Source: a virus
Length of the DNA stretch: 64,000 nt
Strand: one strand, 5' to 3'
Virus record (IMG/VR): IMGVR_UViG_3300023440_000002
Location: 32,001-96,000 of that record
Shown here piece by piece: positions 20,986 through 29,041 of the stretch. Below the pieces are notes generated by a model. It saw only the letters and a program-made list of their open reading frames with translations, ran no database searches and was not told where the DNA came from. The position numbers and the translations under genes were made by a program. Positions within the stretch are counted from its first letter, which is position 1. The number at the start of each line of letters is the position of its first letter.

Positions 20986-23525
20986 GTTTCCATGCAGATC
21001 TTCCCTTATTGGTTCAGTTATTTGCCCATGAACCTGGTCGTGAACTTGCCAGTTAATTTGATCGAGAATCTGGCCGTGAACCTGGTCGCCAATCTGCTGA
21101 TAAACACCCCGGCTAATCTGATCATTAATCTGCTGGTGAATCTTACCTATAATATCTTCAGTTTTCATTAAGATCTTCCCATATTGGGTCAGTTATTTGC
21201 AGGCGAACCTCCCAGTAAGTCTGGTCGCCAATCTGCCAGTAAACCTGCCGGCGAACCTGCTCGAGAACATGGCCGCGAATCTGATGGTAAATCTCCCAAT
21301 CAACCTGCCAGTGAATCTTACTTGTAATATCTTTAGTTTTCATTTAGGTCTACCTTTATTGGAGAGGTTGTTTGCCAGCGAACCTGCATATCAACCTGAT
21401 CTAGAATCTGCCGCTGAATCTGCCAGCGAACCTGATAGTGAACCTGATCTCGAATTTGCCAGTAAATCTGCCAGTTAACCTCTTTTGTAATATCTTTAGT
21501 TTTCATCGAGGTCATCCTTTATTGGGTCGGATATTTGATTGTAAACCTGATTGTGAACCTGATCTAGAATCTGCCAGTAAGCCTGCCAGTAAGTCTGCCC
21601 GCTAGCCTGGCCTTTAATACGCTCGAGAATCTGGCCGTGAACCTCCCAGTGAACCTGATCGTAAATATGCCCGCTAGCCTGCTGGCCAACCTGATTGGTA
21701 ATTTGATCGTCAACCTGCTCGTCAACCTGCCAGTAAATCTGTTGACTAATCTGATTATGTACCTTGTCGGCTATATCTTTAGTTTTCATTTAGGTCATCC
21801 TTTATTGGGTTAGCTACTTGCTGGTGAACCTGCTCGTGAACCCGCCAGTAAACCTCCTCGTAAGTCTCCTCGTAAACCTCCCAATAAACACAATCGTAAA
21901 GATGCTTGCTAACCTTATCGAGAATCTGATTGCGAACCTGCCAGTGAATCTCATCGTGAATCTTACCTGTAATACCATCAGCTTCCATCTAAGTCTTCCT
22001 TTATTGGGATGGTTATTTGCCAGCGAATCTGATCGCGAACATGCCAGTTAACCTTCCAGCGAACCTGCTCGAGAATCTCCCAGTCAACCTGCTCGCTAAC
22101 CTTCCAGCGAATCTGACTGTAAATCTTACTTGCTATATCTTCAATTTTCATTTAGGTCATCCTTTATTGGGTCGGATATTTGATTGTAAGCCTGCTCGTG
22201 AACATGCTGGCGAACCTGCCGGTTAACCTGCTCGTAAACCTCCCAGCTAACCTGGTCGCAAATCTGCTCGAAAACCTGGTCGCGAATCTCCCAGTGAATA
22301 CCCCAATGAACCTGGTCGTAAACCTGCGAGCGAACATCTTTTGTAATATCTTTAGTTTTCATCGAGGTCATCCTTTATTGGAGAGGTTGTTTGCCGGCGA
22401 ACCTTACCGTGAATCAGCCAATTAACCTGTTCGCGAATCTGACTGTAAACCTGCCAGTGAACCTGCTCGTAAATCTGCCAGTGAGCGTGACTGACAATTC
22501 GATTGTGAATTTTGTCGGCTATATCTTTAGTTTTCATCGAGGTCATCCTTTATTGGGTTAGCTACTTGCTCGTGAACCTGATTGTGAACCTGATCTAGAA
22601 TCTGCTCGCTAATCTGCTTGCGAACCTCCCAGTAAGCCTCCCAGCGAATACCCCAATGAACCTGGTCGTAAACCTGCTTATAAACCTTATTTGCGGCAAT
22701 TTTAGCTTCCATTTAGTTCATCCCTTATTGGGTTGGCTATTTGATTTCGAATTTGCCTATGAATCTGCTTGCGAACCTCCCAGTAAACCTCCCAGCGAAC
22801 CTGCAAGTTAATCTGCTTGACAATATGCAGGTAAACCTCCCAGCTAATCTCTTTTGTAATATCATTAGTTTCCATCTAGATCTTCCTTTATTGGGTTAAG
22901 TATTTGATCACGAATCTGCCAGTTAACCCTCGAGTAAGCCCTCCAATAAACCAAATAATCAACCTGCTCGCGAACTTGCCAGTAAATCTTCCGGTAAACC
23001 TGCTGGCGAATCTCATTAGTAATATCTTCAATTTCCATTTAGGTCTTCCCATATTGGATCAACTCCTTGCTCACGAACTTGAGCGTAAATCTGCCAGTAA
23101 ATCTGCCAGCGAACCTTCCGGTTAACTTTCTCGTGAATATGATTGATAGTCTGCCGGCGAATCTGCTGGCGAACCTGGTCGTGAATCTCTTTTGTAATAT
23201 CTTCAGTTTCCATTTAGGTCATTCCTTATTGGGTCGATTATCTGTACGTGAACCTGCCAGCGAACATGCAAGCGAACATGCTCGAGAATCTTCCAGTAGG
23301 GGTTCCGGCCAACCTGATCAACGACCTGCTCTCGAACCTGGTCGTAAACCTGCTTATAAACCTTATTTGCGGCAACTTTAGCTTTCATTTAGATCTTCCT
23401 TTATTGGGATAACTATTTGCCCGCGAATTTGATCGTTAATCTGCTCGTTAATCTGTTCGCGAACCTGCCCTCGAACCTGCCAATAAGTCTGCCAGTCAAC
23501 CTTCCAACTAATCTCGCTACACACC

Positions 23526-23552
23526 TTATCGGTTATACCTGTAATAACTTTA
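23526..23552 (-). promoter_or_regulatory. Sigma-28-type promoter inside an array unit
   Basis: Reverse complement TAAAGTTA-N11-ACCGATAA. Confidence 0.75.
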
Positions 23553-23572
23553 GCTTTCATTTAGATCTTCCT

Positions 23573-24115
23573 TTATTCGCTCAAATACACAGCACCATCA
23601 ACAAAACCCGGAGCTATCTTGTCCAGGTACTCTCTATTCATATAGGTTTGGTTCTTGATTAGTTCTTTATAATTCGGAGGGTTAAATATCTTATTGATCT
23701 CTTTATGAATAAAAACATTATCTTTAATTGTCTTTTTAGAATCTTCCATTGTTACAATACATCGAGACGGACAATAATAATACAAGTTATGCATCATCAT
23801 TGTTGCTTTTGGCGTTAAGTGCCTGGTATCACACAAGGTTGAAATATAAAAGGCCATACTTAGGGCTTTCTTAATCAGGCAATGAACTTTAAACCCTCTC
23901 TTTTTAATGTCCTGAATTGAAGCCCCTAGCTGAAAAAAAGGCGTAACCGGCCCTCCAGGACTGTCAATTGTTAAATAAACATCCCGATGGGTCAACCTAA
24001 TATAAACTGCCAACGCAGATGCCGACATAGAATCGGTAAGCTTTAGTTTAGATACTTCACTAGCTGAAACCTGACTAGGCAACAGGATCATTAAAATTAA
24101 AAGTAAGTATTTCAT
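23573..24115 (-). CDS. ClpP/crotonase-fold serine protease with predicted signal peptide
   Basis: 'LTIDSPGG', 'ALSMAF' (catalytic Ser) and 'MMMH' (catalytic His); hydrophobic N-terminus MKYLLLILMILLPSQVSA. Confidence 0.75.
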   Translation of the reverse strand: MKYLLLILMILLPSQVSASEVSKLKLTDSMSASALAVYIRLTHRDVYLTIDSPGGPVTPFFQLGASIQDIKKRGFKVHCLIKKALSMAFYISTLCDTRHLTPKATMMMHNLYYYCPSRCIVTMEDSKKTIKDNVFIHKEINKIFNPPNYKELIKNQTYMNREYLDKIAPGFVDGAVYLSE

Positions 24116-24129
24116 ATTGTTCCTTTCTG

Positions 24130-26120
24130 TTAGGGTTTAATCTCTATTCCATTAACCTTATCGGCTATATCTGCAATATCTTTAGTTTCCATTTAGATCT
24201 ACCTTTATTGGTTCAGTTATTTGCTGGTCAACCTGGTCGCAAACCTGCCAGTGAATATGCCAGTCAACCTGCCAGCGAATCTCCCAGTGAGCCTGGTCAT
24301 TAATCTGACGGTCAACCTCCTGACGAATCTTTTTTGTAATATCTTTAGTTTCCATTTAGGTCTTCCTTTATTGGGAGGGTTATTCGGTCGTCAATCTTTA
24401 AGTGGATCTCCCAGAGAACCTCCCGGCGAATCTTCCGACTAATCTGCTCATCAACCTGCTCATCAACCTGCTTATAAGTTTGGTTGTCAATCTGCAAGCG
24501 AACCTGCTCGATAACCTCATTAGTGATATCTTTAGTTTTCATCTAGGTTTTCCTTTATTGGGTTAGCTACTTGCTCGTGAACCTGCTCGTCAACATTCCA
24601 GTAAATCTCCCGGCTCACCCCCCTGTCAACCTGCCGGTTAATCTGCCAATAAACCTGATCGCTAATCTCCCGACGAATTTTATTACCAGTATCTTCAGCT
24701 TTCATCTAGATCATCCTTTATTGGGTTAGCTACTTGCTCGTGAACCCGCCAGTAAACCTGCCTGTGAACCTTCCAGCGAACCTGCCCTCTAGCCTGCCAA
24801 TTAATCTGTTTGTGAACCTTCCAGCGAACCTGCTCGTCAAACTCTTTTGTAATATCTTTAGCTTCCATCTAGGTCTTCCTTTATTGGGAGGGTTATTTGC
24901 TCGTCAATCTTTAAGTGGATCTCCCAGAGAACCTCCCGGCGAATCTTCCGACTAACCTGCCAACAAACCTGCTCATCAACCTGCTTATAAGTTTGGTTGT
25001 CAATCTGCAAGCGAACTTTATTACCAATATCTTTAGCTTCCATCTAGGTCTTCCTTTATTGGGTCGAATACTTGATTGTAAACCTGGTCGTGAACCTGTC
25101 GGCGAACCTGTCGGTGAACCTGCCATCCAACCTGCCGGAGAACCTGACAGTTAGCCTGCCAGCTAACCTGCCAGCTAACCTGCCAGCTAACCTTTTTTAT
25201 AATACCTTTAGTTTCCATCTAGGTCTTCCTTTATTGGATTAGTTATTTGCTCGAAAACCTGGTCGCAAACCTGCCCGCGAATCTGCCAGTAAATCTCCCA
25301 GTAAAACTGATCATCAATCTGCCAGTGAACCTGGCCGCGAATCTGCCAGTAAACCTGGTCGTCAACCTCCCGACGAATCTTTTTTATAATACCTTTAGTT
25401 TCCATCTAGGTCTTCCCTTATTGGATTGGTTATTTGACCGAAAACCTGCAAGAGAGCATGCAAGCGAACATGCAAGCGAACCTTCCAATAAATCTGCCAG
25501 TCATCCTGCCAGTTAACCTGCTCGAGAATCTGGTCGCGAATCTCTTTTATAGTATCACTAGCTTCCATCTAGGTTTTCCTTTATTGGGTCGGTTATTTGC
25601 TCGAAAACCTGGTCGTAAACCTGTCGGCGAATATGCCGGCGAACCTGCCATTCAATCTGCCCTCGAACCTGCCATCCAACCTGCCGGAGAACCTGACAGT
25701 TAGCCTGCCAGCTAACCTGCCCGCGAACCTGTTCGATAACCTCTTTTGCAATATCTTTAGCTTCCATTTAGGTCTACCATTATTGGGTTAGTTATTTGTG
25801 TGCGGATTTTACTGTAAGTACTCCAGCTGACCTGCATGTTAACTTCTTTTCGAGCGTTCCAATCAAAAACACTGCAAGCGGGTAGATTAGACAGATTAGC
25901 AATCTCATCAGTAATACCCAACCGTAAATCAATTATGTCTGTCATCGAGATCTCCCTTTATTGAAGCCATCACCTGCAAGCGGACCTCCAAGTGAATTGC
26001 AAAAGTGGTTTGTTGGTAAATGTAACTCCGAACATTAAACCTAAAGAGATCTGGGGAGTTACGTGTGCATTGACTTAGAAGGTCGATGGCTATCTTATGT
26101 TGAATATCAAGGACTTTCAT
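24130..26120 (-). repeat. Micro-ORF array 2, proximal part: about 12 units (2 divergent, 1 truncated)
   Basis: Starts at 26120, 25945, 25767, 25568, 25405, 25218, 25043, 24868, 24705, 24542, 24355 and 24192. Confidence 0.9.
24158..24184 (-). promoter_or_regulatory. Sigma-28-type promoter in a truncated unit, upstream of the ClpP-like gene
   Basis: Reverse complement TAAAGATA-N11-GCCGATAA. Confidence 0.75.
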
Positions 26121-26329
26121 TTCATACCCTCTAGAAACTCAACTATATCTTCAATATCCAAGTATGAGTTGTAATGGTTAAGCACTTCCACGTCATTATG
26201 GTCCTTATCTATCAACATAAATTTCGTTGATAGGCCGTGAGTGTCGCCTTCCAAATTAACCCCTAAGTACATGTCATATTTAGCATATAATGCCCTTAGT
26301 TCTTCGCAAAACCCTTTAACCTTATTCAC
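26117..26329 (-). CDS. Hypothetical protein
   Basis: 70 aa, ATGA-coupled to the first array unit. Confidence 0.55.
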   Translation of the reverse strand: MNKVKGFCEELRALYAKYDMYLGVNLEGDTHGLSTKFMLIDKDHNDVEVLNHYNSYLDIEDIVEFLEGMK

Positions 26330-26606
26330 TACTAGCTCCTTTAACCATCTCTATGATTAAATCATATATTCCTTTACTTTTAAAGTATTTAATTTCGAAA
26401 GACATTAACCCGCCAATAGACCGTATTTGATGCACAGCTTCCGACACCTCACAGCAATCCTCATAAAGGGTTGATTCATCTTCTTCGTACATCTGCCTCT
26501 GCAAGAATTCTTTCGTTATGCAGCTGCTGGTGGACATATCAACGTCCATATGGGCGTAAGACTGGATAATGATATCCTTTATTAGTTCGTTTCGTTTTGC
26601 TGTCAA
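26322..26606 (-). CDS. Hypothetical protein, first gene of the array-2 operon
   Basis: SD AAGGAG, TTG start, downstream of the promoter at 26658-26684. Confidence 0.55.
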   Translation of the reverse strand: MTAKRNELIKDIIIQSYAHMDVDMSTSSCITKEFLQRQMYEEDESTLYEDCCEVSEAVHQIRSIGGLMSFEIKYFKSKGIYDLIIEMVKGASSE

Positions 26607-26657
26607 AACTGTGCTCCTTCATTGCGGGTGATTACGCGGGTTCGCCGCCTAAAGGGT

Positions 26658-26684
26658 TTATCGGTTGACTTGCGAAAAACTTTA
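26658..26684 (-). promoter_or_regulatory. Sigma-28-type promoter heading the - array operon
   Basis: Reverse complement TAAAGTTT-N11-ACCGATAA, back-to-back with CCTAATATT at 26686 on +. Confidence 0.85.
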
Positions 26685-26885
26685 GCCTAATATTAACATA
26701 GAAGAAAGTGAGTTGTTTTGCTAATTTAAAGGCCATATATATGTGTAAAGACGAAGAGTTAGAAGAACTCAAAAAAGATATAGCTGAAAACAGCCGCCAG
26801 TTAGACTCTGATGTCGAAAGAGTTATCTACGAAAACCTGTCAGAGGTTTTCGCCTAATCGATTCCCGCCGTAAGAGAGGTTAAAG

Positions 26886-28346
26886 TTGAAGAAAATACTA
26901 TCAAAATTGCAAATAAAACAAAAGCTTACCTCTTTAGCTGGCAAAGCCAAAGAAAAGATAGATCGCACCTCCCTCGGCAACCCTAGTGATAACTTATACA
27001 GTGAAATCAAGAGCTTACGTAATATGCAAAGAAAAGGTGCCCGTATGGGTAAGTCGGAAGCCGCTAAGCTACTTAAAGGTTCTTTGCAGCGACGTAACCC
27101 TTTCAATCCCGAAAACGTAGACCCGGACGAAAGGTACGACGTTAAAAGTTGGACTGACAGTTACGGCGACAGAGCTGACATTCCTCAAATGCAACCGGAA
27201 GCGAAACAGCGCGGCATGCATAAACTACACGGACTCACCCAGTCAAGGCAAAACGAATCAGGTGAAATGGAGTTCTTACTCCACAGGGGTATGAACCATG
27301 ATGAGCACGAAGCTATACAAACTTACGGCACCGGGGATAGTACCAGCTCTTGGACTCCTCATGTCGGAATAGCCCAAGACTTCGCCTCGCATTATCAAGA
27401 TCAATTCGACCCCCCATCTAAGGTTGTATCGGCCTGGATACCTGAATCTCAAATCCATCATATCCCAAACACCATCGGAGGAAAGAGGTACCCTGAAGGT
27501 AATATTTCTAACTCTAACCATAGCCACGAACAAGAAGTTATAGTTAAACCTCACAGATTCAATACGGTAGATTACCAGCAACCCGACAGCGACGACACGA
27601 TAAACTCAAGAATAAGTGCGAGAGGTAAAAATCTCACGAACTTTAGGTCTTACGCTAAACGCCGACTGGGAAAGAAGGAGGAACTAGAAAAGGGATCTTT
27701 GCAGCGCCGCAACCCTTTCAACCCAATAAAAGATGTTTCACCTAAAGACCGGCGAGACGTAGAAAAATGGCATAGAGGTGTAGGGGAGAGGTCGGACAGG
27801 GATTCTGCTCCAAGTAAAATTCCGGAAAACGCCACAAAGCGCGGCATGCATAAACTACATGGACTTACCCAGTCAAGGCAAAACGAATCGGGCGAACGAG
27901 AGTTCCTGCTCCATAGAGGTGCTGGCGCTCAAGAATCCGGATGGCTAAACAGCTCTAAGGTTCTTAGCGGACATTCGAGCTGGACTCCTAAGTATAAAGT
28001 GGCAGAACGATTTGCTAGTATGAACCCCCACGCAAAGGGCAATGTTTTTAGTGCGTGGATTCCTGAATCTCAAATAGCTGGAACACCTAATGCGATTGGG
28101 GAAGCTGGGTATTCTATAAAGCAAGATCACCACCTCCCCAAAGAAACCCCAGCCAAAATGATGAGGCCTGCATATTTTAGCAGCGAACAAGAAGTCATAG
28201 TTAAACCCCACAAGTTCAATATAGTAGACCATCAACACCCCGACGACCAAGAAACCTCCCTTAACTCCAGAGTAAACCTAAGAGGGTCAGGTTCGGACAG
28301 CTTCAAGGATTATGCCGAAAGGATCATCAGGAGGAGACAAAAATGA
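26886..28346 (+). CDS. Tandem two-domain ADP-ribosyltransferase-like protein
   Basis: Two copies of about 205 aa, each with LLHRG ... SSWTP ... EQEVIV (R-S-E clade pattern). Confidence 0.65.
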   Translation: MKKILSKLQIKQKLTSLAGKAKEKIDRTSLGNPSDNLYSEIKSLRNMQRKGARMGKSEAAKLLKGSLQRRNPFNPENVDPDERYDVKSWTDSYGDRADIPQMQPEAKQRGMHKLHGLTQSRQNESGEMEFLLHRGMNHDEHEAIQTYGTGDSTSSWTPHVGIAQDFASHYQDQFDPPSKVVSAWIPESQIHHIPNTIGGKRYPEGNISNSNHSHEQEVIVKPHRFNTVDYQQPDSDDTINSRISARGKNLTNFRSYAKRRLGKKEELEKGSLQRRNPFNPIKDVSPKDRRDVEKWHRGVGERSDRDSAPSKIPENATKRGMHKLHGLTQSRQNESGEREFLLHRGAGAQESGWLNSSKVLSGHSSWTPKYKVAERFASMNPHAKGNVFSAWIPESQIAGTPNAIGEAGYSIKQDHHLPKETPAKMMRPAYFSSEQEVIVKPHKFNIVDHQHPDDQETSLNSRVNLRGSGSDSFKDYAERIIRRRQK

Positions 28347-28609
28347 CAAACAAAGATTACTCCCTTTATGGGTTGCTAGATAAGTACTATGAAGCTAAGC
28401 GCACTTATTACCGTACCGGCAAATGCAGCATAACCGACCAGGAATACGACGCGCTAGAGGCATCTATCAAAACAATCCACGGCGAAAACACAACTATAGA
28501 GTTCGGCACCGTCGGTTATGACTCAGAAAAACACGACAAGATAAAACAGCTATTCAAACAACAAAAAGAACTATTCCGTTCTACATTTAATGGTAACAAT
28601 AATGATTAA
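28343..28609 (+). CDS. Stand-alone protein resembling NAD-dependent DNA ligase subdomain Ia
   Basis: 'YYRTGKCSITDQEYDALE' matches the YY..d.p.isD.eYD.L pattern; no KxDG motif. Confidence 0.6.
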   Translation: MTNKDYSLYGLLDKYYEAKRTYYRTGKCSITDQEYDALEASIKTIHGENTTIEFGTVGYDSEKHDKIKQLFKQQKELFRSTFNGNNND

Positions 28610-29039
28610 GCAACCCTTAATGGTCCCTACAGGGGAAAGCGAATATACCTTAGTTGAAGACTATAGTTACACCTGGGTTGCCATGGGTAACGACGGGAAA
28701 ATTAAAGAGCAGGTGATGGTAGTGCCAAAATACCACAAATCTGACGGTGCTAGTGTTCCTCGGTTTTTATGGTCTATTACTGGGATTCGACCTGATGGGC
28801 TAAACAGAGCTGCGGCGTTAATTCATGATTTCATTTATGAAAATAAAGGGGTTATGCCAAAACAATCCCATTTTGTGATAAAAAAAGATCGATGGGTTGA
28901 AGCTGACCACAAATGGACAAGAAAGGAAGCCGACAGGATCTTCTGTCGGCTCTTAAGGCAGGCCGGTGTCGGCAAGGTGAAAAGGCGCATGGCCTTTATA
29001 GCAGTGAGGGTTGGGGGGTATTTTTCATGGAAGGAATAA
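28602..29039 (+). CDS. DUF1353-like protein
   Basis: 'SDGASVPRFLWS', 'AALIHDFIY', 'RKEADRIF', 'AVRVGG'. Confidence 0.8.
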   Translation: MIKQPLMVPTGESEYTLVEDYSYTWVAMGNDGKIKEQVMVVPKYHKSDGASVPRFLWSITGIRPDGLNRAAALIHDFIYENKGVMPKQSHFVIKKDRWVEADHKWTRKEADRIFCRLLRQAGVGKVKRRMAFIAVRVGGYFSWKE

Positions 29040-29041
29040 CT

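Larger units (their letters stand above)
18372..23560 (-). repeat. Micro-ORF array 2, distal part: about 30 coupled QVxx-repeat units
   Basis: Starts at about 23560, 23388, 23213, 23038, 22875, 22712, 22537, 22362, 22151, 21988, 21789, 21506, 21343, 21168, 20993, 20881, 20706, 20594, 20383, 20232, 20081, 19906, 19722, 19574, 19399, 19272, 19088, 18901, 18738 and 18551. Same junction as array 1. Confidence 0.92.

Noticed and set aside
13387-25791. Many 'NLPVNLLANL' and 'RFTGRFAGR' ORFs in the track
   Set aside because: They are antisense or off-frame shadows of the CAGGTT repeat. They lack SD sites and coupling, while the QVxx frame has both.
13260-26120. CRISPR array interpretation of the repeat/variable pattern
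   Set aside because: Junctions are degenerate and carry SD/start/stop signals. The 'spacers' are mutually homologous 12-nt repeats that keep reading frame. No cas genes are present in the window.
13260-26120. Diversity-generating retroelement
   Set aside because: No reverse transcriptase in the window. Differences between units involve all bases and 12-nt indels, not adenine-only substitutions in a TR/VR pair.
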